Part shown: positions 50,853-63,000 of the stretch, piece by piece
How the letters are laid out: each line of letters begins with the position of its first letter
Numbering within the stretch: position 1 is the stretch's first letter
Assembly: GCA_950097015.1 (NCBI GenBank)
Contig: CATNEN010000039.1
Coordinates: 1,674,001 to 1,738,000, forward strand
Direction: 5' to 3'
Source: Macrostomum hystrix
Lineage: Eukaryota > Animalia > Platyhelminthes
DNA: 64,000 nt
Position numbers and translations under genes: made by a program
Notes under the pieces: generated by a model
What the model was told of the DNA's origin: nothing
The model's database searches: none
Seen by the model: only the letters and a program-made list of their open reading frames with translations

Positions 50853-53800
50853 ATGAGCGACGATGAAGAACAGAAGAAACCGCCAGAGCTCGACGTGTCA
50901 TCGCTGAACGCTCTTAGGCGACAAAAGGCAAAGTGCAAGTCTGCACTCACCAAGAGCCGCAGTAGGCTCTCGTGGTTGCTCATCACAGACGAAAAGGAGG
51001 CCATTCAGAGAGAATGCGAGACCGTCACCAAAGCGTACGAGGAGGCGGCAGAAGTTCTCCAGCAGCTTTGCGATGAGCTAGAACAGCAACCGGATCCAGG
51101 GGCACAGAAAAAGCTGCTCGACGAGATCGACACAATCGAGGACGACTATAGAACAGCTATGCAGGCGGTTCAGCGGTACCTCATGGGCCGCACAGCACCG
51201 CGAACAACATCGACTACAGCTACGGCGGCACCTGAGGAGGCAGCAGCGGCAGCAGCGGCTCAGCCACTGTGTGGAGCCAGCCGAGGCCAGCGATTCGGAT
51301 TCAGCGAGGCGGCGCCGGAGCTCCTGCAAAGTCAACAGCAGCAAAATCCGTACAGAGGATGGAGTGGTGAGTTTGGCTACCTGTCTTCAAACCAGCGAAG
51401 GGGTTTCGAGAAGGAGGACGATGATCTAGCCAGCGCTTCTGGTGACTGCTGTGAGCGTAGAGTGGGCAATTCTTCAGAGCAGCAACTATCGAAGGATCTC
51501 TGGAAGATGCTCCGTAGAGTGGAGATTCCTACCTTTTATGGCGACAAGCAGCAGTATGAAGCGTGGAAGGCAGCCTTTATGGCTTGCATTGATAGGGCGC
51601 CTGCAACTCCGGAATTCAAGCTGCTTCAGCTGCGCCAGTATCTGAAGGGAGCAGCGCTGAAAGTGATCGAGCACCTGGGTCACTCGGCAGCGGCGTATGA
51701 GGCGGCGAAGGAGAGGCTGGAGCGAGAGTATGGTGGCAAGAGGAGGCAGTTGGCTCTTTATTTAGAAGAATTAGACAGTTCTCCACCTGTGAAGCAGAAT
51801 AGTGCAGAGGAGTTGAAGAAGTTTGCGAATCTCTTAGACGTTGCTGTTATTAATCTAGAAGAAACTGGCAAGAACACCGAACTCAGCGATGGCCTACTGT
51901 ATGCTAGATTGCAGAAAAAGCTCCCAGAGCCGATGGTCGCAGCGTTTCGCCGTTGGCTATTCGAGAAAGAGAAAGCAGAGGGTGTAAGGACACTTCGAGA
52001 ATGGGTGCTGCGTGAGTCCGAGTTCCGGACTCAGGCAGCAGAGATTGTGCACGGAGTAGCCACTTCCAACCAGGAGCAACCAAAGAAAGAAGGGAAGCAG
52101 AAGACTTTCCACGTGATACATCAAAGCAAAAGCTCAGGCGAGAGGTACTCTTGTGTTGTTTGCAAGGAGCCGCACGAACTGTGGAAGTGTCCAGTGTTTG
52201 CAAAGCTGTCGTCCGAAAATCGATGGAAAGCTGCTCAGGAAGCCAGGGCTTGTTTCCGGTGTCTAGGACATGGCCACAGTGCTATGAACTGTCGACGAGG
52301 TCGCAAGTGTGGCATTGACGGTTGCAGCAAAACACACCATCGTTTGCTGCACTCAACAGCAAGATCAGAGGCAAAAGAAAAGCCCGAGGCAGCTTCAGCG
52401 GCAAAGCAGCAAGCTGAGAAATACCAGCCAAAAGCAGAAACTGTGACTATGGTGTCCAGGGAGGCTAGTGCAGTGTCGCTGCGAACGGTGCCAGTCATTC
52501 TTAAGTCGAATAGACGTGCGGTGAAGGTCAACGCCTTGCTGGATGACGCCAGCACGAAGACGTACTTGAATGCAGAGATCGCCGCAGAGCTGGGATTGCA
52601 AGGCAAGCAGGAATCAGTTCAGGTGAATGTGCTGAATGGACAAGTTGAGACTTTTATGACAGCGCCAGTAACATGCACGTTGGAGAGTGTGGATGGACAG
52701 ATCAGTAAGCAGATCACGGCTTTCACGACGGACAGTGTCACCGGAAGCATGGAAGTCGTAGACTGGCAGAAATTGGCGTCGAAGTGGCCGCACTTGGCTA
52801 GCATTCCGTTCGAGAAGATGCAGACACCGCCGATTGTTGATCTGCTGATCGGTGTCGACTATGCCGACTTGCATTCATCCCGCCTGGAAGTTTGTGGTAA
52901 GCCTGGAGATCCGCAAGCCCGACTAACGCCTTTGGGTTGGACGTGCATCGGCAAGGTTGATGAAGTTTCGGAGCGTTCATTGTTCGCAAATACGTTCTTC
53001 AGTGGAAGTAGGATTGAGAACCTGGAGCCATTGTTACGTCAATTCTGGGAGGTGGAGGAGGTTCAACGAATGGAATCAGCTCTAGTCACAGAGGAAGAGC
53101 AGATTGCGTTGGAGCGTACTAGGTCGTCACTAAAGTTCGTCAACGGGCGCTACCAAGTTGGTGTTCCATGGAGAGCGGACGTGAAGATCCAGACCAACAA
53201 CTTCGAGATGGCCATCAAGCGGCTAGGCAACACCGAGAAGCGGCTCTTGAAGGACCTGGAAGTAGCAAAGCAGTACCAGGATGTAATCGATCGCTATGAG
53301 AAAATTGGCTACATCAGGAGGGTGCTTCAAAATGAACAAGAGCCTGCGAACCGGTACTACCTTCCGCATTTTCCAGTAGTACGGATGGACAAAGCAACGA
53401 CAAAAGTTCGCATCGTCTTCGATGCTTCTGCGGGAGGCGAACAGTCTTTGAACAGCCTGATGCTGGCAGGGCCGAAGCTTCAGCAAGATCTGGTTGGCGT
53501 TCTGCTGCGCTTCAGAAGACATCCAGTAGCAGTTGCTTGCGACATTTCTGAAATGTACCTGCAAATTGAGATCGCACCAGAAGATCGAGCAGCGCACAGT
53601 TTTCTTTGGCGGGACATGGATCCGATGAAGGCACCGCAGACATTCGAGTTCAACAGAGTCGTTTTTGGAGCAACGAGCTCACCATTTCTGGCGCAATTTG
53701 TGACACAAGAGCACGCGAAGAAGTTGAAGCATGAGTTTCCTGCTGCAGCAGAAACGGTACTCCAGTCGACTTATATGGATGACTGTCTGGATTCTAAGAA

Positions 53801-56357
53801 AACTGACGCAGATGCCATTCAGTTGTACCAGGAGCTCAGTCAATTGTGGGAGCGAGCTGGCATGCATGCCCGAAAGTGGATCTCTAACTCAAGAGAATTG
53901 CTTGCGCGTGTCGCCCCGGAGGATAGGGTCGCGGAGGTGAACCTGGATGGACAACCGTTGCCGGTTTCGAAGACGCTTGGAGTCGTCTGGAAAGGTGAAA
54001 ACGATGAGTTCACCTTTGCTGCTGATGGCAAGTCGAGTCCAGTTAAGTCGAAGAGGGAGCTACTCAAGAGATTAGCGTCAGTTTACGATCCTCTCGGCCT
54101 CATTGCACCATTCACGGCACAGGCAAAAATTCTCCTTCAGGAGCTGTGGTGCAGCGGGCTTGACTGGGATGAAGCGCCGGATGAAGTCCTACAAAAGAGA
54201 ATCCAAGCATGGTGCGACGACTTGGCGACTTTGAACTGCTTTCGAGTTGACCGTTGTCTGCAGCTCTCTAGTGTGCCTACTCAGTCTCAGCTACACTGTT
54301 TCGTTGACGCTTCTGAAAAGGCCTACGGAGCGGTGTGCTATCTAAGATGCAAGTATGCCGACTTCTCAACATCCGTTCGTCTCATCGCGGCGAAGTCTCG
54401 AGTTGCACCCGTAGCAACCATGAGTATCCCGAGGCTGGAGCTAATGGCAGCAGTCGTTGGGCTTCATCTTACGGTCAAGATTGCCAAGGCGCTGGAGATC
54501 AACATCAAGGACGCAGTTTTCTGGTCCGACAGCATGAATGTCCTGTACTGGATTCGTGGCAGAGGCCGTTTCTTCAAGTCGTTCGTTGCGAATCGCGTCG
54601 GTGAAATCCAGCAGGCAACTGATCCGATTCAGTGGCGATACGTGCCGACAGCGTGCAATCCTGCGGATCTGCTGTCACGAGGAGCCAAAATCAGTCAGCT
54701 GACCGAGGAGCAGACATGGAAGAGCGGTCCGGAGTTTCTGCATCAAGAGCAGTGCGCATGGCCAAGCACCGTGCTAGAGCGACCAGAGGGCCTAGAAACG
54801 CGGAATTCTAAGAAGAATTCAGTCGCGGCCGAGGTGGTCCTGAGTGCGAATCTTGTCAGCTGCGAGCAACGCAGAACAATAGAACGGCTTGACCCGAGTA
54901 GGTTCTCAAGTTGGCTGCGCTTCTTGCGGTTGAATGCTTGGATCAGTCGGTTCGTCAACAACTGCCGTTTCGAACCACAGCACCGAACTCGAGGAGAGCT
55001 ACAACCGGCAGAGCTGGAGGATGCTGAGCTAAGAATCATCAAGGAAGCTCAGCAAGATGCATTTAGTACGGAGCTTTCCGCTTTGAAGAAGAACAAGAGC
55101 GTTGTTGAGAGCAGCAAGCTGGCCGGCATGCATCCGAAAATCGATCCGAATGGCGTGATCCGCTCGGAGAGCCGACTGCAGCGAGCCGAAGCACTGCCCT
55201 TTAGCACCCGATCGCCGATTATTTTGCCAAAGCACCATCCGGTGACAGAGCTGATCATCAAACACCACCACGAAAGAGCGTACCATGGCGGCACCAATCA
55301 AGTACTCGCAGCATTGACCGCGCGATTTTGGATTCCAGCAGGCCGTGAAGCCATTCGAGATTGGGAAGCTAAGTGTTCGGAGTGCAAGAGAAGAAGAGCC
55401 AAGCCAGCTTCGCAGTTAATGGCGCCATTGCCTCCAGATCGGCTAGAACCACTAAGAGCGTTCACGAAGGTGTCAGTGGATTTCGGCGGACCATTCCTGA
55501 CGAAGCAGGGTCGAGGACGTGTTCGGCAGAAGCGTTACTTGACGCTCTTCACGTGCATGGCAACGCGTGCAGTCCACTTGGAGATGGCGTACGGCCTTGA
55601 TACGAGCAGTTTCCTTAATGCTCTATTTAGAATGATCAGCCGCCGAGGTCAGATTCAAGAAATATTTTCAGACAATGGAACAAATTTCGTAGGAGCCGAC
55701 AAAGAATTGAAAGCGCTGTGGAAGTCGGTGGACAAGAACGAATTGCAGTTGCGCACATGCCACATGCCGATCAAGTGGCATTTTAATCCACCTGCAGCTC
55801 CGCACTTCGGCGGTGTCCACGAGTCCATGATTAAGTCGGCAAAGAAAGCGATCAGTGCGATCCTGACAACAGCAGAAGTCAGCGATGAGGAGCTGGTGAC
55901 AGCGTTTACGGGAGCTGAGTCGCTGTTGAACTCGCGGCCGTTGACATACCAGTCATCGCATCCGGGCGACGATCCTGTCCTGACGCCGGCGCATTTTCTG
56001 TACGGACACGTCGGCGGGCAGCTGGCACCGGAGATCGCAGCTGATGAGGCGTTCAATCCTACCAAGCGGTGGCGTTACGTGCAGCAGCTGGTGAAGGCGT
56101 TCTGGCGTCGGTGGTTGCGAGAGTGGCTACCCGGCCTCGGAGCTAGGAGCAAGTGGCGGCGAGTGCAGCCCGACCTGAAGCCTGGCGATGTCGTTCTGTA
56201 CGTCTGCCCTGACAGCCCGCGGGGACACTGGCCGCTGGCTCGAGTTCTGGAGGTGTACCCGGGCAGCGACGGCCACGTGCGAGTAGCGAAGGTGCAAGTG
56301 GCGGATAGGATGCTGATCAGGCCTATCAACAAGCTGTGCCCATTGATAACTTATTGA
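50853..56357 (+). CDS. BEL/Pao gag-pol polyprotein (1834 aa)
   Basis: DUF1759-type gag (IPTFYGD), triple Zn knuckle (CVVC..H..C, CFRCL..GH..C, CGIDGC..HH), protease LLDDAS, RT YLPHF..RIVFDAS..YMDD, Pao RNase H region FVDAS..AKSRVAP, integrase HH-CC and D,D,E (VDFGGP, SDNGTNF, HE). Confidence 0.97.
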   Translation: MSDDEEQKKPPELDVSSLNALRRQKAKCKSALTKSRSRLSWLLITDEKEAIQRECETVTKAYEEAAEVLQQLCDELEQQPDPGAQKKLLDEIDTIEDDYRTAMQAVQRYLMGRTAPRTTSTTATAAPEEAAAAAAAQPLCGASRGQRFGFSEAAPELLQSQQQQNPYRGWSGEFGYLSSNQRRGFEKEDDDLASASGDCCERRVGNSSEQQLSKDLWKMLRRVEIPTFYGDKQQYEAWKAAFMACIDRAPATPEFKLLQLRQYLKGAALKVIEHLGHSAAAYEAAKERLEREYGGKRRQLALYLEELDSSPPVKQNSAEELKKFANLLDVAVINLEETGKNTELSDGLLYARLQKKLPEPMVAAFRRWLFEKEKAEGVRTLREWVLRESEFRTQAAEIVHGVATSNQEQPKKEGKQKTFHVIHQSKSSGERYSCVVCKEPHELWKCPVFAKLSSENRWKAAQEARACFRCLGHGHSAMNCRRGRKCGIDGCSKTHHRLLHSTARSEAKEKPEAASAAKQQAEKYQPKAETVTMVSREASAVSLRTVPVILKSNRRAVKVNALLDDASTKTYLNAEIAAELGLQGKQESVQVNVLNGQVETFMTAPVTCTLESVDGQISKQITAFTTDSVTGSMEVVDWQKLASKWPHLASIPFEKMQTPPIVDLLIGVDYADLHSSRLEVCGKPGDPQARLTPLGWTCIGKVDEVSERSLFANTFFSGSRIENLEPLLRQFWEVEEVQRMESALVTEEEQIALERTRSSLKFVNGRYQVGVPWRADVKIQTNNFEMAIKRLGNTEKRLLKDLEVAKQYQDVIDRYEKIGYIRRVLQNEQEPANRYYLPHFPVVRMDKATTKVRIVFDASAGGEQSLNSLMLAGPKLQQDLVGVLLRFRRHPVAVACDISEMYLQIEIAPEDRAAHSFLWRDMDPMKAPQTFEFNRVVFGATSSPFLAQFVTQEHAKKLKHEFPAAAETVLQSTYMDDCLDSKKTDADAIQLYQELSQLWERAGMHARKWISNSRELLARVAPEDRVAEVNLDGQPLPVSKTLGVVWKGENDEFTFAADGKSSPVKSKRELLKRLASVYDPLGLIAPFTAQAKILLQELWCSGLDWDEAPDEVLQKRIQAWCDDLATLNCFRVDRCLQLSSVPTQSQLHCFVDASEKAYGAVCYLRCKYADFSTSVRLIAAKSRVAPVATMSIPRLELMAAVVGLHLTVKIAKALEINIKDAVFWSDSMNVLYWIRGRGRFFKSFVANRVGEIQQATDPIQWRYVPTACNPADLLSRGAKISQLTEEQTWKSGPEFLHQEQCAWPSTVLERPEGLETRNSKKNSVAAEVVLSANLVSCEQRRTIERLDPSRFSSWLRFLRLNAWISRFVNNCRFEPQHRTRGELQPAELEDAELRIIKEAQQDAFSTELSALKKNKSVVESSKLAGMHPKIDPNGVIRSESRLQRAEALPFSTRSPIILPKHHPVTELIIKHHHERAYHGGTNQVLAALTARFWIPAGREAIRDWEAKCSECKRRRAKPASQLMAPLPPDRLEPLRAFTKVSVDFGGPFLTKQGRGRVRQKRYLTLFTCMATRAVHLEMAYGLDTSSFLNALFRMISRRGQIQEIFSDNGTNFVGADKELKALWKSVDKNELQLRTCHMPIKWHFNPPAAPHFGGVHESMIKSAKKAISAILTTAEVSDEELVTAFTGAESLLNSRPLTYQSSHPGDDPVLTPAHFLYGHVGGQLAPEIAADEAFNPTKRWRYVQQLVKAFWRRWLREWLPGLGARSKWRRVQPDLKPGDVVLYVCPDSPRGHWPLARVLEVYPGSDGHVRVAKVQVADRMLIRPINKLCPLITY

Positions 56358-57131
56358 ATTTGAGTGAACTAATGACTGATCAATTTATGGACTGCAAACT
56401 TTTCAAGAGTTTTGTGTTGAAGTTAAAGTTACTGTTTGACTTTGTGAGGTAGTGTTTTTTCGAGTGTTTATTGTGTTCAGGGTTTAATGTGTCGTCCCAT
56501 TGAGACAACTGTGCGTCCACGGCGAATTGTTAACAGGTTGTCGGTTTAAAATTTTGCGTTTTTCATTATCTTCGCCAAAGTTATATACGAAGTGTTTCAA
56601 GTGATTATGTTTCTACTCGTACTTTGCTAAATTAGTGAGAGTTCAGTTGCTTTCAATTTGCTTGCAATTGTTAAAAAAAATGAGTCATGCACTTTATTTG
56701 CTTAATTGCACTGTACTTTTCAGTAACAGTTTGGTGGCGGTGAATCTTTGTTTACAATTTTGCTCGTTTTTTTCGCTTATTATTAATTTGCTTCAGTTTA
56801 ATTAAATATTTGTCGTTTTCAATCAATGTAATTTAGCTTTCATTAAAAAATTTCAAACGTTTAGGCTATATTTTGCTTCCACTGCAACTAAATTTTGACG
56901 TTCTATGTTGACGCTAACTAGATTTCACGTTTGCGGTTTTTGTTTAGCTAAAGTTAAATTGTCCAATCTAATTGTTTTCGGTGCCGTTGCAACGTATTTA
57001 GTCATTAGTGTTCTCTTGCAACGGGCCTTGCTACACCTATCTAGCTTCCACTGCGCACGTATCAATGATTCTTGTACTACAGTATTGAATGCAAGTCAGG
57101 TTTTGCCATAGACATGTCAAGGTGGGGAGTA

Positions 57132-57419
57132 TGGTTTAAAGAGTATGTTTCAATATTATTATTTTTCATTATTTGTAATTTATTGCACGCGTACTCAATT
57201 TCTACCCCCCATGCGCTGAGTCATTTTCTCTCTGGCGGCAACTCATTCTTGGACTTCAGCATGTACGTTTATTTGCCCACCCCAATTAAATTGATTTAAA
57301 TAGACTACTGGTCGTTAGCAGCGCTGAGAGTGACCGCGTCGTTTATAGCCTATAGTTTCAAAGCTCAATTGACGGCCTACTTAGTTTCTTTTCAATAGTT
57401 GAGAACTAGCTCACAAACA
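57132..57419 (+). repeat. 3' LTR of the BEL/Pao element
   Basis: Direct repeat of 50481-50768. Confidence 0.96.
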
Positions 57420-57554
57420 ATAAGAGACAGCAAAGTAACGATGCGTTCGTCCTCTGTTGCTTGCCTTAGCTATGTCTGTCGTTGCTTTTTTATTCTACGA
57501 GCTATATTGCTTGAAGTAACAGCGCGTAAATAGAATAGAAAGGGATTTGAATGA

Positions 57555-57945
57555 AGGGGCAGAAAGGGGATCTAGATGAATGGGCAGAAAGGGGATCTAG
57601 ATGAATTGGCAGAAAGGGGATCTAGATGAATTGGCAGAAAGGGGATCTAGATGAATTGGCAGAAAGGGGATCTAGATGAATTGACAGAAAGGGGATCTAG
57701 ATGAATGGGCAGAAAGGGGATCTAGATGAATTGGCAGAAAGGGGATCTAGATGAATGGGCAGAAAGGGGATCTAGATGAATGGGCAGAAAGGGGATCTAG
57801 ATGAATTGACAGAAAGGGGATCTAGATGAATGGGCAGAAAGGGGATCTAGATGAATTGACAGAAAGGGGATCTAGATGAATGGGCAGAAAGGGGATCTAG
57901 ATGAATGGGCAGAAAGGGGATCTAGATGAATGGGCAGAAAGGGGG
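57555..57945. repeat. 25-bp minisatellite (ggcagaaaggggatctagatgaatK)n
   Basis: Tandem array. Confidence 0.95.
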
Positions 57946-58364
57946 ATTTGCATTTGCATTGATAAGCAGGAAGGATAATTATACAATAGAAAAGAGATTT
58001 GAAGGGTCTGGCAGAGAGCAAAAATTATCACTATATATCTCTTCTAAGTACAAGCTGCAAGCACTGTGACACAAACTGGTACAAAGTGTAGCTTGTTAGT
58101 GGACTTAGCAGCTTCTCACTGCTCAGGCTAAAGCAAAGCATTTTATCAGTTCAAGTCAGCTCGCCTAGATAAGAGCATAACTGGAGTTACTCGACGGGAC
58201 TGCATTTTGCTTTAACAAGGTGGCGAGCTCAATGACAGCTGTTAACAACTGACCATCTGACATGCTCATATCCTCCACTGGCACAGCACCCACCCCCAGG
58301 GTCCAAGCCCCAGGCCCGAGTAAGCTTTGTGAAAATGTCTAACGCTTTACTAACTTTTCTCCCC

Positions 58365-59365
58365 ACCCAATCATAAATGACCCCCAAGCGATCATATGTG
58401 ACCCTCCCAATCATATGTGACCCTCCCCCAATCATATGTGACCCTCCCAATCATATGTGACCCTCCCAATCATAAATGACCCCCAAGCGATCATATGTGA
58501 CCCTCCCAATCATATGTAACCCCCCAATCATATGTGACCCTCCCAATCATATGTGACCCTCCCAATCATATGTGACCCTCCCAATCATATGTGACCCTCC
58601 CCCAATCATATGTGACCCTCCCAATCATATGTGACCCTCCCAATCATAAATGACCCCCAAGCGATCATATGTGACCCTCCCAATCATATGTAACCCCCCA
58701 ATCATATGTGACCCTCCCAATCATATGTGACCCTCCCAATCATATGTGACCCTCCCAATCATATGTGACCCTCCCAATCATATGTGACCCTCCCAATCAT
58801 ATGTGACCCTCCCCAATCATATGTGACCTCCCAATCATATGTGACCCTCCCAATCATATGTGACCCTCCCCCAATCATATGTGACCCTCCCACAATCATA
58901 TGTGACCCTCCCCCAATCATATGTGACCCTCCGCCAATCATATGTGACCCTCCCCAATCATATGTGACCCTCCCCAATCATATGTGACCCTCCCCCAATC
59001 ATATGTGACCCTCCCCAATCATATGTGACCCTCCCCAATCATATGTGACCCTCCCCCAATCATATGTGACCCTCCCCAATCATATGTGACCCTCCCCAAT
59101 CATATGTGACCCTCCCCCAATCATATGTGACCCTCCGCCAATCATATGTAACCCCCCAATCATATGTGACCCTCCCCCAATCATATGTGACCCTCCGCCA
59201 ATCATATGTGACCCTCCCAATCATATGTGACCCTCCCAATCATATGTGACCCTCCCAATCATTTGTGACCCTCCCCCAATCATATGTGACCCTCCCAATC
59301 ATATGTGACCCTCCCCCAATCATATGTGACCCTCCCCCAATCATATGTGACCCTTCCCTGATCAT
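58365..59365. repeat. 19-21-bp minisatellite (ccaatcatatgtgaccctc)n
   Basis: Tandem array with a variable C-run. Confidence 0.95.
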
Positions 59366-60019
59366 TTGTGAACCCACCTGATCATGTGCTAACCTGATCT
59401 ATTCTATTTATTTTAAGTTACCTTTATCTTTTACCTAAAATACACATGTATTAATTACGGCTGCATGCTGCGTGCAGTGCTATTTTCGCCAATGACCTCT
59501 ACTCGACACTGAAGTGGAAACATGAGTTGCATTTCAAAGCTTTGTTTATCGTGCTGTTTGTTCTTCTGAGCCAGTGGAAAATTACCGGAAAGAGAGGGCT
59601 AAGAGTGCAAGCTTCTAAACAATAAGCAGGCTACACCGAAGTATGAAAATATTATTTATACACATCACACAGCAACCAATGAGAAACGAGAGCCATGCCC
59701 TGTTGTGCTACAGTTTATTCTTAATGAGTACTGTGACGTCAATGAGTTTAGAATTTATGGCAAGCTCTCACGCATTCAACCTGTAGTTTAAGCATTTTGT
59801 TCGCTTGAAGTGCTCAATTTAATAAATAAATTTAATTTATTTTAAAGGTAGAGAACTTTCACAAACCTCATTATTATTAGGTACAAAAGAGCTCAAGTTA
59901 AACCCAGAAATTTTATTTTAGGATGAGCTGGGGTTAAGTAAATTATTAGTACCAGGTGTTCTGTAAAAAAACACCAAGAGTTGTCTGTTACACTTTGCTC
60001 AGCTGTTAGACAGTACCAG

Positions 60020-63000
60020 GTGTCCTTCAGTGAGATGCCCATGTCCTTCAGTGAGATGCCCGTATCTTTCAGTGAGTAGCACATGTGTTTCAGTGAGATG
60101 TCCATATCCTTCAGTGAGTAGCACATATATTTCAGTGAGTAGCACATGTATTTCAGTGAGACGTCCGTATCCTTCAGTGAGTAGCCCATGTCCTTCAGTG
60201 AGATGCCCATGTCCTTCAGTGAGATGTCCATATCCTTCAGTGAGTAGCCCATGTATTTCAGTGAGATGTCCATATCCTTCAGTGAGTAGCCCATGTATTT
60301 CAGTGAGATGTCCATATCCTTCAGTGAGATGCCCGTATCCTTCAGTGAGATGCCCATGTCCTTCAGTGAGATGCCCATATCCTTCAGTGAGATGCCCATA
60401 TCCTTCAGTGAGATGTCCATATCCTTCAGTGAGATGCCCGTATCCTTCAGTGAGATGCCCATATCCTTCAGTGAGATGCCCATATCCTTCAGTGAGATGT
60501 CCATATCCTTCAGTGAGATGTCCATATCCTTCAGTGAGATGCCCGTATCCTTCAGTGAGATGCCCATATCCTTCAGTGAGATGTCCATATCCTTCAGTGA
60601 GATGTCCATATCCTTCAGTGAGATGCCCATATCCTTCAGTGAGTAGCACATGTATTTCAGTGAGATGTCCGCATCCTTCAGTGAGATGTCCATATCCTTC
60701 AGTGAGATGCCCATATCCTTCAGTGAGATGTCCATATCCTTCAGTGAGATGTCCATATCCTTCAGTGAGATGCCCGTATCCTTCAGTGAGATGCCCATAT
60801 CCTTCAGTGAGATGTCCATATCCTTCAGTGAGATGTCCATATCCTTCAGTGAGATGCCCATATCCTTCAGTGAGTAGCACATGTATTTCAGTGAGATGTC
60901 CGCATCCTTCAGTGAGATGCCCATATCCTTTAGTGAGATGCCCGTATCCTTCAGTGAGATGCCCATATCCTTCAGTGAGTAGCACATGTATTTCAGTGAG
61001 ATGTCCGCATCCTTCAGTGAGATGTCCATATCCTTCAGTGAGATGCCCGTATCCTTCAGTGAGTAGCACATGTATTTCAGTGAGATGTCCATATCCTTCA
61101 GTGAGATGTCCGCATCCTTCAGTGAGATGCCCGTATCCTTCAGTGAGATGCCCATATCCTTCAGTGAGATGCCCATATCCTTCAGTGAGATGTCCATATC
61201 CTTCAGTGAGATGTCCATATCCTTCAGTGAGATGCCCATATCCTTCAGTGAGATGCCCATATCCTTCAGTGAGCTGTCCATATCCTTCAGTGAGTAGCCC
61301 ATGTATTTCAATGAGATGCCCATATCCTTCAGTGAGATGCCCATATCCTTCAGTGAGTAGCACATGTATTTCAGTGAGATGTCCATATCCTTCAGTGAGA
61401 TGCCCGTATCCTTCAGTGAGTAGTACATGTATTTCAGTGAGATGCCCATATCCTTCAGTGAGATGCCCATATCCTTCAGTGAGCTGTCCATATCCTTCAG
61501 TGAGATGCCCATATCCTTCAGTGAGATGCCCATATCCTTCAGTGAGCTGTCCATGTCCTTCAGTGAGATGCCCATATCCTTCAGTGAGATGCCCATATCC
61601 TTCAGTGAGCTGTCCATATCCTTCAGTGAGTAGCCCATGTATTTCAATGAGATGCCCATATCCTTCAGTGAGATGCCCATATCCTTCAGTGAGTAGCACA
61701 TGTATTTCAGTGAGATGCCCATGTCCTTCAGTGAGATGCCCATATCCTTCAGTGAGATGCCCATATCCTTCAGTGAGCTGTCCATATCCTTCAGTGAGTA
61801 GCCCATGTATTTCAATGAGATGCCCATATCCTTCAGTGAGATGCCCATATCCTTCAGTGAGTAGCACATGTATTTCAGTGAGATGCCCATATCCTTCAGT
61901 GAGATGCCCATATCCTTCAGTGAGATGCCCATATCCTTCAGTGAGCTGCCCATATCCTTCAGTGAGATGCCCGTATCCTTCAGTGAGATGCCCATATCCT
62001 TCAGTGAGCTGCCCATATCCTTCAGTGAGTAGTACATGTATTTCAGTGAGATGCCCATATCCTTCAGTGAGATGCCCATATCCTTCAGTGAGTAGCACAT
62101 GAATTTCAGTGAGATGTCCATATCCTTCAGTGAGATGCCCGTATCCTTCAGTGAGATGCCCATATCCTTCAGTGAGATGCCCATATCCTTCAGTGAGCTG
62201 TCCATATCCTTCAGTGAGTAGCCCATGTATTTCAATGAGATGCCCATATCCTTCAGTGAGATGCCCATATCCTTCAGTGAGTAGCACATGAATTTCAGTG
62301 AGATGTCCATATCCTTCAGTGAGATGCCCGTATCCTTCAGTGAGATGCCCATATCCTTCAGTGAGCTGCCCATATCCTTCAGTGAGATGCCCGTATCCTT
62401 CAGTGAGATGCCCATATCCTTCAGTGAGCTGCCCATATCCTTCAGTGAGTAGCCCATGTATTTCAGTGAGATGTCCGCATCCTTCAGTGAGATGCCCGTA
62501 TCCTTCAGTGAGATGCCCATATCCTTCAGTGAGTAGCCCATGTATTTCAGTGAGATGTCCGCATCCTTCAGTGAGATGCCCATGTCCTTCAGTGAGATGC
62601 CCATATCCTTCAGTGAGTAGCCCATATCCTTCAGTGAGCTGCCCATATCCTTCAGTGAGATGCCCGTATCCTTCAGTGAGATGCCCATATCCTTCAGTGA
62701 GCTGCCCATATCCTTCAGTGAGTAGCCCATGTATTTCAGTGAGATGTCCGCATCCTTCAGTGAGATGCCCGTATCCTTCAGTGAGATGCCCATATCCTTC
62801 TGTGAGATGCCCATATCCTTCAGTGAGTAGCCCATGTCCTTCAGTGAGATGCCCGTATCCTTCAGTGAGGTGCCCATATCCTTCAGTGAGATGCCCATAT
62901 CCTTCAGTGAGCTGTCCATATCCTTCAGTGAGTAGCACATGTATTTCAATGAGATGCCCATATCCTTCAGTGAGATGCCCGTATCCTTCAGTGAGTAGCA

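Larger units (their letters stand above)
50481..57419 (+). mobile_element. Full-length BEL/Pao LTR retrotransposon
   Basis: 288-bp LTRs (TG..CA) at 50481-50768 and 57132-57419, identical by eye; 5-bp TSD ATAAG at 50476-50480 and 57420-57424; PBS TGGTAGCAGAGC at ~50771; PPT aaggtggggag before the 3' LTR. Confidence 0.97.

Noticed and set aside
56905-57299. env or accessory ORF in the BEL 3' region
   Set aside because: The ORFs are short, start at non-ATG codons, are T-rich and have no recognisable motifs.
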